This document shows positions 38,187 through 50,684 of a stretch of 64,000 nucleotides of DNA, one piece after another (within the stretch, counting starts at the first letter, position 1; each line of letters starts with the position of its first letter). The notes under the pieces were generated by a model. The model saw only the letters and a list, made by a program, of their open reading frames with translations. It was not told the DNA's origin and did not search any database. The DNA is from Octopus sinensis (Eukaryota), in the NCBI RefSeq assembly GCF_006345805.1, contig NC_043004.1, positions 65,038,001-65,102,000 on the forward strand, written 5' to 3'. The position numbers and the translations under genes are program-made.

Positions 38187-39301
38187 ACATTCGGGCGGCG
38201 GATTGAGAAAATCGCTAGGGCATCGGAAAATTGGTAAATGGTTTACGCTTCTGCCCTTTATAATCTGAGTTCAAATCCCGTCGAGATCAACCTTGTCTTT
38301 CACCAATCGATACCTATTTCGATAACATTCACCACTACCGCCCATATCAAAACATTTTTTGATTCTGTCCCTAAATCAGCAACTGTTATTTAAGGGTGAC
38401 ATGTCTGCTATTTCTAGTAGCTCATACGACTACGTAGAGACTTGATCAAGGCACTCACTCGCTTCGATAAAGAAATAGAAAACAAAATGACATATGTGAA
38501 GAAAAATGATGTATGCAATTTAATTAAAAAGAAAAAATATCGGTGATAGATGGGCATTAAGAAATAACCGCACACAATTCATTTTACTTCTGAACTATTT
38601 AAGTGAGACAGAAACAAACGATGGGAAATCGAATTTAATTCATACGGTTGCTGCAGTAATCAGATGCAAAGGGCTCAAATTCCTGGAAATTATATTGATG
38701 CAGGGAACAAACGATGTATGATTTATTCAAAATTTAAGCAATGGCGCGAAATGGTAAAGAGCAATTAAATTTAGATTTCTTTTTGTCTGAATTTTGTCGT
38801 TGTTTGTAGTAATGGGTTAAAAGATGCGTGGTGACAAAAAGACGTGTTATTACTCTGGCTACGACATTATTTTCCTGTCCCTTTTCTCCTCTTTTCTCTC
38901 TTGTCTGTTGGTTGTTGGCCGGTTGAATAAACGAGATAAGCTCTCGTTCGCAAGAACATCAAGGAAGACAAAATATCAAATGAATTTCGTTGAAATATGA
39001 CCCTTAAACCCAGTATGCTGTATAAAATAATATGTTCCCGTATTATCATCTTTTTTTTTTAATTTTATGGCTTTCAAACATGTGTAATTAGTGATATTTA
39101 TGGAGCCAGAAGAAATGATTCATCAGACAAAACAAGTTTTGAACACAAATTGAATAAAGTTCCTTCTATCTTTTTATCTTTTATTTTGTTCCAATCATTG
39201 GACATCAGCCATTCTGGGTCCTTGAAGGGTTTAGCTGAACAAATCGATCCCTGTACTTACTTTGTTTTCAGTCTGGGATTTATTCCACGGAAACATCTTG
39301 C

Positions 39302-39530
39302 CGGCGAGCTGGCAGAATCGTTAGCACGCCGGGCGAAATATTTAGCCGTATTTCGTCTGCCGTTATGTTCTGAGTTCAAATTCCACCGAGGTCAACTTTC
39401 CCTTTCATCCTTTCGGGGGTGATAAATTAAGTACCAGTTACGCACTGGGGTCGATGTAATCGACTTAATCCCTTTGTCTGTCCTTGTTGCCCCCTCTATG
39501 TTTAGCCCTTTGTGGGCAATAAAGAAATAG
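39302..39530 (+). mobile_element. SINE family B variant nested in an old antisense SINE-A
   Basis: Intact head and B box gagttcaaattcc; SINE-A remnants on both sides (about 39195-39290 and 39535-39830). Confidence 0.8.
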
Positions 39531-40060
39531 GAAACCTTTTGCCGAACTGGTAAGTAAACAAACCAGCACCGGTTATCAAACAATATGGAGGACAAACACA
39601 CACATACAGTCATTTACATGCACACACATATATATGCACACGACGAGCTTCCAATGCAGTTTCCTTCAAACAGATTCACCTGAAAAGCATCGGTCAGTTC
39701 GAAGCTATAGCTGGAGCCGCAAAGAAAAAAGAAAAACAAAATATTACTTATGATGCCGCGTTGTGGGGTTGAACACGAAATGACTTGATGGCAAAGCGAA
39801 ACTCTTAACCACACAGTCACATTTGCACCTCTTAGTGATTTCTTAGAGGACAAGAGGTATATTGTATCGGTATATAATAGTTAAGATCTAAGCCGCAACT
39901 TGAATGGCAGTCATTTTCTATCGATGGTAGCAAAGGGCACTGTCAGCACTTCATGACAAAAGCGAATGGGACGTTGCTAAGTATACAAAATAATTTGTAC
40001 CATGCTCTATATATTCTACTTTTACTGATCAGCTGATGTAACAAGAATTTAAAGCAGAAC

Positions 40061-40285
40061 TACAGTCGTGGTCTAAAGTTTGGATCATGGGTCTGAAAAT
40101 TTGAATTTTCATATTAAATGCTCGAAGTTATATTTAATTTGCAATATATCATTACATGACCAAAACAGTGGAACATGGGTCTGAAAATTAGAATTTTTAT
40201 ATTAAATGTCCAAAGTTATTTGCGATATGTTATTTCTTGACCAAAATTTGGAACATAGGTTTGAAAATGTTTTCTTCTAGACATT
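40061..40285. mobile_element. Tc1-like terminus with internal ~90-bp direct repeats
   Basis: TA then cagtcgtggtctaaagtttgga (Tc1-type TIR start); gga(t/a)catgggtctgaaaatt recurs at about 40082, 40171 and 40252. No partner TIR found. Confidence 0.45.
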
Positions 40286-40321
40286 GAACCATTGTATCAG
40301 TTATTGGGTAAGTATATCCCT

Positions 40322-40651
40322 ACGCATGGCTCAGTGGTTAGAACGTCGAGTTTACGACCGTGAGGTTGTGAGTTCGAATCTCGGACCGGGCTGCGTGTTG
40401 TGTTCTTGAGCAAGACACTTTATTTCACGTTGCTCCAGTTCACTCAGCTGTAGAAATGAGTTGTGACATCACTGGTGCCAAGCTGTATCGGCCTTTGGTT
40501 TTCTCTTGGATAACACTGGTGCCGTGGAGAGGGGAGGCCGGTATGCATGGGCGACTGCTGGTCTTCCATAAACGACTTTGCCCTGACTTGTGCCTGGGAG
40601 GGTAACTTTCTAGGTGCAATCCCATGGTCATTCGTGAGCGAAGGGAGTCTC
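40322..40651 (+). mobile_element. SINE family D (CORE-like)
   Basis: tggctcagtgg A box, gagttcgaatc B box, ttcttgagcaagacactttatttcacgttgctccagttcactcagctgtagaaatgag; homologous to 54371-54701. Confidence 0.85.
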
Positions 40652-40743
40652 TGGATATCTCTACGTTATATAAATTTCAATTGAATTGTACTTGGGCATA
40701 ACGATTTTAACTTTAAAAAGATGCTCCAAACTTTGGGCCTCGA

Positions 40744-40815
<72 letters not shown>

Positions 40816-41093
40816 GTGTGTATGTGCCTGTATATATATATGTGTGTGTATATGTATGTATGTATGTTTTCCTTCTTCTATTTTTAATTGTTTGAAATCT
40901 TCCTGTAACGAAGGGACTGATTTTTAACAAAGTCACAAAGATCCATTGTTGGAATATGATATAAGAAAAACATATTGAATTTTTTGGAAAGTCTTGCATA
41001 TTTTCATTGTTCCACCTACAAACTATTTGTATTGTGCATATTAGCTGGTAAATTTTTTCTGAAGACCCTAGCTTTTCCAATGTATGAATGTAC

Positions 41094-41124
<31 letters not shown>

Positions 41125-41229
41125 TGTATGTATGTATGTATGTATGTATGTATGTATGTATGTATGTATGTATGTATGTATGTATGTATGTATGTATGTA
41201 TGTATGTATCTCTCTCTCTTTCTCCATGC

Positions 41230-41321
<92 letters not shown>

Positions 41322-41740
41322 CCTGTCTATTCATCTATCCATATGTGCATACACCTATATATCTATATATGTATTTTGAGCACACACACACACGCACACT
41401 TATATTAACTTTTACAAGAAAACGATTCATAGTGACTTCCAAGCTCCGGCTTGCTCACACACGTATACACAGTCACATACATACATGCATGCTCACACAT
41501 ACTCATACACAGTCACATACACGCACACACACATATGTAGAGGATCACTTACGCAGTCATTCGCACACAACCAGTTGAAATGAAATGCACAAGAGCCTAA
41601 TCCCATATTAAGTGATGTACAATATCATTTTACTGCTTCCTGCACGTTGCGACAAAGCAGGGGCAACAACTTTGCTGTTACTCAAGCTTTCTGTCTCTGT
41701 GAGGTATTTATTTGTGAATGAAAAAAAAATTGAAAGTCAT

Positions 41741-41900
41741 TGACGTCACACATGAAACTTGCTGTGATATAGACTGCTGTGATGACGTTATAGGCAAAGC
41801 TTACTGTGATGTTTACTACTGTGATGACGTCATAGATAGGTCTTTCTGCGATGTTTACTGCTGGGATGACGTCATGTATGTATCGGTATGTATGTTATGA
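41741..41900. repeat. 42-bp degenerate minisatellite with a CRE in each unit
   Basis: TGACGTCA at 41741, 41825 and 41867 and TGACGTTA at 41783; exact 42-bp period. Confidence 0.85.
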
Positions 41901-42681
41901 CATAGATTATACAGGAGATCTTCCACAATTAACGTCGTATGATCTTACCTATGTTATCTTTGATCGAGCAGCTCTAGGGCAAAAGTCATACCAACCGTGG
42001 CCACCACAGCATTTCAATTTGTTCTTCCTTTCATGTTCTTCCAGTATGCAGGGATGGCGATTTCATCACAAGTCTCTTATCATTTACGTGAAACAAATCG
42101 CTCTCCCACTTGTGTGTCTGTGTGTGTATCTGTGTATGTGTCTGTGTGTTTAACTTCTCGGCACATCTCATCCTAGCCAACAAATCGAAGAACCACCAAA
42201 AATGGGTCACTTAAAGTTTAGGCGAATGAAAATTGAACTGCGCTATTTCTGTTCCGAAATTCATCTCGCAAGTGGAAAAATCGATAATGTGTTTGTTTAG
42301 GCCTTATCCCATGCATTGAATAGTGAACTTTACTCAGTCAGCTGTTTGACGTGAACTGCGTTCACCATGCGTGCAAGCATGCGTAAATTGCATGAAAATA
42401 AAAAGTCAAGATATAAAAACGAATCGCTGTAAACATTGTAGAAATTCAGCAAAGAAATGAATTTTCGGGATGTAGCCTGAAGGGTTTTTTCGTATTAATC
42501 GTTTGGACTTTGTGAACACATACCAATTGTTTTCATAACATTTTTAATGCTTTGAATTAAATGTGACCATTTTGCGTTGAGTCTGCAGTTTGAATCACTT
42601 TAACCAAATTTCAGCAGGCCGGATTTTTGATCATCACGATACATCGCCAGCGACTCCCTGAAACTCTCCCCTGAAATCCCC

Positions 42682-42695
42682 GTTGAGAAATACTG
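42682..42695. mobile_element. Solo hAT-type right TIR
   Basis: gttgagaaatactg (reverse complement CAGTATTTCTCAAC) followed by atctaaaa, which fits the nTnTAnAn target pattern; left end not located. Confidence 0.45.
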
Positions 42696-42922
42696 ATCTA
42701 AAATAATAATTCAACAATGCAATTATTTGATCAACAAACATTTATGAAACGCTTCTACGTACTTCCTATTGAGGAAATGGAACACATAAGCGCAAAAATA
42801 GAGGGCATTAAATGCTTGATTTTAAAACCAAAATAATTGAATTTTGATTGAACTTCATCCAAGTTTAGCTTAATTCTCGCGTGCATAGAACGCACGAGCG
42901 CACAGGCTGGGCAATACTACTA

Positions 42923-42958
<36 letters not shown>

Positions 42959-42986
42959 GAGAAAGAAGCAACAAGAATGGATTGGT

Positions 42987-43077
42987 TTTTAGTACAATTG
43001 TTTCATACAAAGACAGGCTTTATTACAAGTTGCAAAAATTGCAGCAGATAAAAGTGTCCCGTACTCATCAGCTAAAA
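42987..43077 (-). ncRNA. Type I hammerhead ribozyme motif, left arm
   Basis: Reverse-complement twin of 43302-43391. Confidence 0.7.
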
Positions 43078-43301
43078 TACATTTGAGTTATCTAGACATC
43101 TTAGTGGGTGAGGTTATACTCATGAAATATTGGAGATAGTTCCATTGGAGGCAGATATAGGTTGTAAACAGTTTTCCAAAGTTCCTTAATTAAGGAACTT
43201 TGGAAAACTGTTTACAACCTATATCTGCCTCTAATGGAACTATCTCCAATATTTCATGAGTATAACCTCACCCACTAAGATGTCTAGATAACTCAAATGT
43301 A

Positions 43302-43391
43302 TTTTAGCTGATGAGTACGGGACACTTTTATCTGCTGCAATTTTTGCAACTTGTAATAAGCCTGTCTTTGTATGAAACAATTGTACTAAAA
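43302..43391 (+). ncRNA. Type I hammerhead ribozyme motif, right arm
   Basis: UUUUAG-CUGAUGA-GUAC-[~51 nt]-GUAU-GAAA-C-AAUU-GUA/CUAAAA: 6-bp stem I, full core, G10.1-U11.1 wobble, palindromic stem III ACAAUUGU, predicted cleavage after A43385. Confidence 0.75.
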
Positions 43392-43421
43392 ACCAATCCA
43401 TTCTTGTTGCTTCTTTCTCGT

Positions 43422-43536
43422 TTATAATCACCCCACATTACTGTATGGATAACACCATATAGTTTTTCTGGTGCATCTAAGTTAAGTACCACATTCAGTA
43501 AATTCATTGGAAGTTACTTGAATCTTAATTGCTTTG

Positions 43537-43541
<5 letters not shown>
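43422..43541. mobile_element. TA-anchored mini-element, copy 1
   Basis: tataatcacccca..tatggataa(c/t)acca..ttctggtgc..aa(g/c)ttaagtacca shared with 45955-46045 and, inverted, 57244-57374. Confidence 0.7.
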
Positions 43542-43575
<34 letters not shown>

Positions 43576-43582
43576 TATAATA

Positions 43583-43655
<73 letters not shown>

Positions 43656-43660
43656 TTATA

Positions 43661-44063
43661 AGGTGCAGGGGTGGCTGTGTGGTAAATAGTTTGCTTCTCA
43701 ACCACATAGTTGCGAGTTCAGTCCCACAGCCTGGCACCTTGGCTGTCTTCTACTATAGTCTCGACCCGACCAAAGACTTGTGGGTGGGTTTGGTTGACAG
43801 AAACTGAAACAAGCCCGTTGTACATATCTGTGTGTGTGTGTGTGTATGTTTGTGTGTGTGTATGACTCTGTTTGTGTGTCTGTATTTGTCCCCACCACCA
43901 TCGCTTGACAACTGACGCTGCTGTGTTTACGTCCCCGTAATCTAGCGGTTCAGCAAAATGGTCCGATAGAATAAGTACTAGGCTTACAAAGAATACGTCC
44001 TGGGGTCGAGTTCTTCGAATTTGCTCCAGCATCGACGCAGTCAAGTGATTCAAACATGTAAGA
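43661..44063 (+). mobile_element. SINE family A, full length
   Basis: aggtgcaggggtggctgtgtgg head, gagttcagtccc, tail ctccagcatcgacgcagtc. Confidence 0.85.
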
Positions 44064-44280
44064 TACACACACACACACACACACATATGTATATGAGAGG
44101 TATTGCTATCCAGAAGTCCCAAGGTGGCAGGTAAGGTTATGTAAGTGCTACGGGAGAAATGTAGTTAGACTCTCGATTAGATAATAATACAAGTGAAGAG
44201 TTTAATGCGGGTCTTGCGTGAGTATGTATTTGTTACATAAAATGAGACAAGAGTACCAAGGCTGTGTGGAATTTATAAGG

Positions 44281-44620
44281 AGAAACGTAGTCTTACAGCT
44301 GTTTCTGGGATATTACACTATCCACTTATAATAACAAAATATGAACTCATATCAGAATCTACATAACATGGACAAGAAGCATTTCTACCCATTCTACACA
44401 GCACTTTCCTTGGATAATGGAACTGCAACTGCAGCATCCTACATATACTTTTAATTTTATCTATATTCTCTTATTTCACTTTATACTTCCTATATCCATC
44501 CCTTTCCAAAATAACTCCTTATACTCACCTCTACTATTTCCCTCTAGCTAATTCACCCATATCATCTCTGATGAAGGGGCATCCGCAATATCCCAGAAAC
44601 AGCTGTAAGACTACTTTTCT
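44281..44620. repeat. Inverted repeat, 34-bp arms with ~270-bp spacer, PLE-like
   Basis: 44281-44314 versus 44587-44620, 33/34 identical; looser similarity extends outward. Confidence 0.85.
44565..44610 (+). ncRNA. Minimal hammerhead-like motif
   Basis: UCU-CUGAUGA-A-GGG..CCC-A-GAAA-C-AGCU-GUA/AGA: palindromic stem III ACAGCUGU, 3-bp stem I, A.A mismatch at 10.1/11.1. Confidence 0.5.
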
Positions 44621-44709
44621 CTTTAGTAATGTACTATAAAGTTCACACCCTCTTGGGGTTGTTGTTTTATTTTATTTTATTTAAAACACACATATATATG
44701 TGTATGTAA

Positions 44710-44774
<65 letters not shown>

Positions 44775-44810
44775 CTATCTATCTATCTATCTATCTATCT
44801 ATATGTATAT

Positions 44811-44891
<81 letters not shown>

Positions 44892-45047
44892 TACATTACT
44901 CGGTAGTCAAGATAAAACTCTGAGTTTTAGATGCCGAAGTGGAAATCCACAACCTTAAATTTCCTCTATTTACATAATATTGAGGTCTCTTTCTTTCTTT
45001 TGTTATCTTACCGTTTTATCAATATATGTATATATATATATATATAT

Positions 45048-45732
45048 AATTGTTAAAGAGGACAACAAACGTTAAGGCAAGGCAAACATCTCAAGTCGTA
45101 TACATTATTATTATACGAAAAAATTCAAAATCTTACAGCTGTTTCTGTGATATCCCCGAGTATGGGATATTCTGTCATCAGAGGCAAATACGGTGGGGTG
45201 GGGGTGGATATAGAAGATGAGAATGGTATATATTGATAAAATGACAACATAGAGGAGTAAACGAATAAGGAAATGGAAAGAGAAAAGAAGAAAGAAGCAT
45301 AAAAGTTCATAGTTCAACTTTCCGAAGTTATAGAAACCAGAGCATGTACCATTAGGTGCAATCTTCCGTGGATCCATGTGCGTAAGTCCTTAGGTGCAAT
45401 CCTGCGTATATCCACGTGGGTTAAAGTCCTCATATGGTAGAGATCCCAAGAAAAAATGCGAACATATCAACGTTCAATAACAGAATTGTTTTTTCGTCTC
45501 TCTCTCCATCTGCTTATTCATTTACTCCCTTCCTCTGTGTTGTCATTTTATAATACATACCATTCTCATCTTCCATATTTGCTTCCCCCTATTTGTCTCT
45601 GATGACGGAATATCCCATACTCGAGTATGTCCCAGAAACAGTTGTAACATTTTGAATTTCTTCCTACTATAATATTGCATACGATTTGAGATGTTTGCCT
45701 TGCCTTTATGTTTGACATCCTGTTCAACAATT
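45048..45732. repeat. Inverted repeat, ~150-bp diverged arms with ~385-bp spacer; each arm carries a hammerhead-like motif
   Basis: 45048-45200 versus 45586-45732; CUGAUGA..GAAACAGCUGUA on the minus strand (45131-45184) and CUGAUGA..GAAACAGUUGUA on the plus strand (45596-45649); left arm abuts a TA tract. Confidence 0.8.
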
Positions 45733-45925
45733 ATATTATCCGCTACATCGGAAATATGCAGTGGTTCCATGGAACCCCAGTAATCCGTTACAGCACTTAC
45801 CTAGCGCACCTAATCGTTTAGATCTCCTGCGAACTAAACCCCATACTTTGTGTGTGTGTGTATATATATATATACATAGGTATGTACATATATGTATGTA
45901 TATATGCATATATTTATATATCATT

Positions 45926-45954
<29 letters not shown>

Positions 45955-45956
<2 letters not shown>

Positions 45957-46045
45957 ATCACCCCATTTGATTTATATGGATAATACCAAATTCTGGTGCC
46001 TTTAACTTAAGTACCATATTCATCTGAATCTAAATTTTTGCTGAA
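45955..46045. mobile_element. TA-anchored mini-element, copy 2
   Basis: Homologous to 43422-43541; starts inside a TA tract. Confidence 0.7.
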
Positions 46046-46827
46046 TATATAAATATAATATTGAAATTAATATGAATGTTTCCGAAAATATATGTTAACA
46101 CAACGTTGCCTATTTGATCCAAAATTAGTGAAATTTAACAATACACTTTCGCCTGATGAGGATGTATTTAAATAAAATCAAAATTACTATAACCACATAT
46201 TATTTGAAGTTGTATATATAAAGATAATATTTACTGTGTCCACAATCAAAATAATAATAGAATTCCCAGAAATAATTGAATGTTAGATAGGTAGGAACTT
46301 GATAGGGAGTATAATAAAAAGGAAAATATTGATAGACGTAAATGCATTAACGTGTGAAATTTGACTGGTGACCGCCGTTGCTGCTGGCTCCATCTGTGGT
46401 TGTTTTCAGCTTCAGAGGCAAAAAAGAAATTAGGCTTCGTAAGAAATTGAAGAAGAGGAGAAACTTCCCTCAAGGGGAGAGAATCACCGAGAGAGAGATT
46501 TTATTTCTCTATAGACTTATCTTCGGATTGTTTTTGTTTTTTTTTAAAGTTTTTAATGCTTTGGTTGTTCTACTAGCTGTATGTAGATACATATAAATTT
46601 ATACGTTTATGTAAATTTTTGGGCTTGCCAATGTACCGCAACTTGGAATAAAACTACATGGTCATTTAAAACATTCATGAACTATACAAACGATCGACTT
46701 TTTTCTTCCTCTTATCAATTTTTTGTAAAATAGTGGAGAAAAGAGATGACACATGGGGGGCATTAAAAGCTCCCAAAACAATTTTTTTAAAAACTAAGCT
46801 AAATAATTGCTAAAGGAATAATAATAC

Positions 46828-47042
46828 TTTCTATTATAGGCACAAGGCCTGAAATTTTGGGGAAGGGGACAATTCGATTACATCAACCCAAGTGTTTCAT
46901 TGGTTCTTTATTTATCGACTTATCGACGTCGAAAGGAGGAAAGGCAAAGTCGACCTCGGCGGAATTTGAACTCTGAACGTAATGACCGACGAAATACTAC
47001 TAAGCATTTCACCCGGCATGCTAACGATTCTGCCAGCTAACC
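46828..47042 (-). mobile_element. SINE family B, full length
   Basis: Reverse complement of head, B box gagttcaaattcc and tail ggccttgtgcctataataga. Confidence 0.9.
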
Positions 47043-47629
47043 GAGTTAGCAGTGAAGAATGATGATATGAATGTGGTGGGTATTTTTCAGTCTGGTGCTT
47101 ATTCTAACGACCGCTTTCACGAACCGCCAGCTAATAGGGACGTAAACAAACCAACTTCACTTGTCAATCTTTGTTCTGATTATGGCAAACACATACATAC
47201 ACATACACACACACACAACGGACTTTCACATTCTTTCCAGCAAACGGATTCACTCTCAAAGCATTGGTCGACCAGGGACAATAACATCACAGTATATGCC
47301 ACTTGCGTAAGGTGCGGTGCAGTGGAACTGAAACCGAAACTACCTGGTTGCATAACGATCTTCTTAACCACACAGCCATGCGACGTGCAATTCCAATAAT
47401 TACAATATGACGAATGAATATGGAAAGAAAAAGGGAGCTAACCCCACGATTTAGGGAGCTCATCAGAAATACAAAATCAGTTATTTTTTTCTCTGTGTAG
47501 AGTGTGGGATTGGATTAGGGGGGGGTGGGTAATTATAATAATTTTCATGGCGTTCTCTTACTACTTTCACTTTCTTTTTCTTTTCTTTTTTTCAATTTAA
47601 TTTGTTTTCCTCTTGCGCCACTCATTTCA

Positions 47630-47801
47630 GTTGTTTTTCTCTTCTTTCTCCTCCTCCTCCTTCTTCGCCTCTTCCTTCACCTCCTCCGTTGCCTCATCCT
47701 TCCTCGTCTTCAATTTCTTTTTCATCTTTATCTTCTCATTCTTTTTCGTCTTTTCTTGTTGTTGATGTTGTCTTTCTTCTTCTTCTTCTTCTTCTTCTTC
47801 T

Positions 47802-47836
<35 letters not shown>

Positions 47837-48070
47837 TTCTACTACTACTACTTCTAGTACTACTACTACTACTACCACTAGTACTACTACTACCACTTCT
47901 CCTCCTTCTTCTTCTTAATGTCGTTCTTGATGTTATTCTTCTGCCTGTCCTTTTCTTCTTCTTCTCCTTTATATTTTACTTGTTGTTGTTGCACTTCTTC
48001 TTCTCCTTCTTCTTCTTCTTTTTCTTCTTCTTCTTCTTCTTCTTCATATTCTCCTCACTTTCTTCGCTTT
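47630..48070. repeat. Pyrimidine-rich (CTT)n/(CCT)n/(CTA)n block
   Basis: Direct reading. Confidence 0.9.
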
Positions 48071-49099
48071 CTTCCTCTTAAACACCCACTGTCTTCTCAA
48101 ATTTCCCCCACTCTCTCTCTCTCTATATCTCTCTCTCTCCCTCTCACTGTATACCTACTTGTCTCTATTTCCCTCCCACCTTCTCTCATATTCTGTCGTT
48201 CAACCTCTTTTCCTATCACTTTGTGTTTGTTTTTTCTGCTAGTCTTTCTCTTTCTTACTTTGTTTTCCTTCCTTCCTTTCATTCCTTCTATCTCTCGATT
48301 TATGAATGTATCTATGCGTATATTTACACACACTCATACACACATACACAAACACACACACGGACACATATATGCCTACATACGACTATACACATATTAC
48401 ATGTATATATGTACAGATATATGTACATGAACACACACACTCACATACTCATACACACACATATAATTATATATGAATATATCTCTATATCTATACATGC
48501 ATGTGAGTATGTATATATATATATACTATATATACGTATATGTATGTAAAGTCTGTCGGACTGCTTCGCTTTTTCTGTCTGTGTATATGTATTATAGTGT
48601 GTGGTATATGTATATATATATATATAGATATATATATATATATTAATATATATATATATATATATATATGCGTATTTATATGAGTATTCAAGTGTGCGGT
48701 GTGTGTGTATGTGGGTCTGTATCAAAACCTCTGTCTCTCTCATCGAGCTGGTACACATGGACGAATCTCTCTCTCTCTCTCGCTTTCTCTCACTCCTCAG
48801 AAACATTGCCACATCCCATCTCAGCACATATTGGAAATCACCAGAATCAAGAAAAAAATGAAAAAAGAAAAAAACCCCAAAAAATGAAGCGATAGGAATA
48901 AAAAGAAAAAAGAAACGAATATACAAAAAAACGTAAAAATGATGATTTTCAGATTCGATTCTACTTCGGAAATGTATTTTTTTCAGCCGACTATCGCTCA
49001 GATTCCTATCTTTTAATGAATATTAAAATTAGCAGATGATGGCTACAAATGATAAATAAACAAAGAAATAAAGAAACAAAGAAATATGGCCGCAGTCCT

Positions 49100-49116
49100 A
49101 TTTAGAAAATAGTCAA

Positions 49117-49180
<64 letters not shown>

Positions 49181-49323
49181 GTAATAATAAAAAAAATTAT
49201 AATGATAATAATAATAATGATAATAATAATAATAATGATAATAATAATAATAATAATAATAATGATGATAATAATAATAATGATAATGATAATAATAATG
49301 ATAATAATAATAATATAATGATA

Positions 49324-49358
<35 letters not shown>

Positions 49359-49590
49359 AATAATGATAATAATAATAATAATAATAATAATGATAATAAT
49401 ATGATTAATAATAATAATAATAATAACAATAATAATAATAAATAATAATAATAATGATAATAATAATGATAATGATAATTAATATAATAATAATAATAAT
49501 GATATAAATAATAATAATAATACTGATGATTGATGATGATAAAATAAATAATGATAATATAATAATATAATAATAATGATAATAATAATG

Positions 49591-49631
<41 letters not shown>

Positions 49632-49700
49632 TAGTATATAATAATTAATAAATAGTAATAGTAGTAGTATAGTAATAATAATAACTAATAATAATAATCC
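49100..49700. repeat. ~600-bp (AAT)n/(GAT) tract with scattered 1-nt indels
   Basis: Direct reading. Confidence 0.95.
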
Positions 49701-49860
49701 TTTCTATAAATTTGGAGTATAGTCGGTTACATTGACCTCAGTATTAAACTGGTACTTAATTAATCGACTCCCGGTGGAGTTTGAACTCAGAGCGGATCGA
49801 CGGGCGAAATACCACTAAACATTTCGTCAAGCGTGCTAACGTCTCTGCCAGCTGGCCGCC

Positions 49861-49908
<48 letters not shown>

Positions 49909-49953
49909 GTTGTATTATTATTATTATTATCATTATTATTATTATTATTATTA

Positions 49954-50001
<48 letters not shown>

Positions 50002-50084
50002 GTAGTAGTAGTAGTAGTAGTAGTAGTTAGTAGTACAACAACAAGAACAACAGCAACAACAAGAAAAACAACAACAACAACAAC

Positions 50085-50152
<68 letters not shown>

Positions 50153-50333
50153 TAATAGTAATTCTTTCTACTATAGGTACAAGGCCGGGAATTTGTGGGA
50201 AGTAGGATAGTCGATCACATCGATCTCAGTACTTGACTGATACTTAATTGATCGACCTCGAAAGGATGATATGCACAGTCGACCTTGGCGGAATTGAAAC
50301 ACAAAACGTAAAGACGAAAATAATAATAGCAAT

Positions 50334-50418
<85 letters not shown>

Positions 50419-50607
50419 TGATAATAGTAAATTCTTTCTACTATAGGTACAAGGCCGGGAATTTGTGGGAAGAAGAGGATAGTCGATCACATCGATCTCA
50501 GTACTGACTGATACTTAATTGATCGACCTCGAAAAGGATGATATGCACACAGTCGACCTTGGCGGAATTGAAACACAAAACGTAAAGACGAAAATAATAA
50601 TAGCAAT

Positions 50608-50684
<77 letters not shown>

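Larger units (their letters stand above)
42957..43421. repeat. 465-bp spacerless palindrome
   Basis: Centre gttccttaa|ttaaggaac (43189/43190); arms differ by one substitution and one 1-nt indel; abuts a TA tract on the left. Confidence 0.97.

Noticed and set aside
22137-41900. Regularly spaced short repeats (40-bp, ~90-bp and 42-bp units) considered as CRISPR-like arrays
   Set aside because: Whole units are degenerate copies of each other with no unique spacers, there are no cas genes, and the context is eukaryotic.
42870-42924. Hairpin plus CTAG-T resembling a Helitron 3' end just before the palindrome's TA tract
   Set aside because: Short motif with no identifiable 5' end or second copy in the window.
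46153-46195. CUGAUGA-GGAU..AUC-AAAA motif
   Set aside because: G12 is missing and stems I and III cannot form.
46410-46438. 29-nt candidate micro-exon (ttttcag / gtaaga)
   Set aside because: Splice-like signals of this strength are expected by chance in 64 kb, and the peptide is uninformative.
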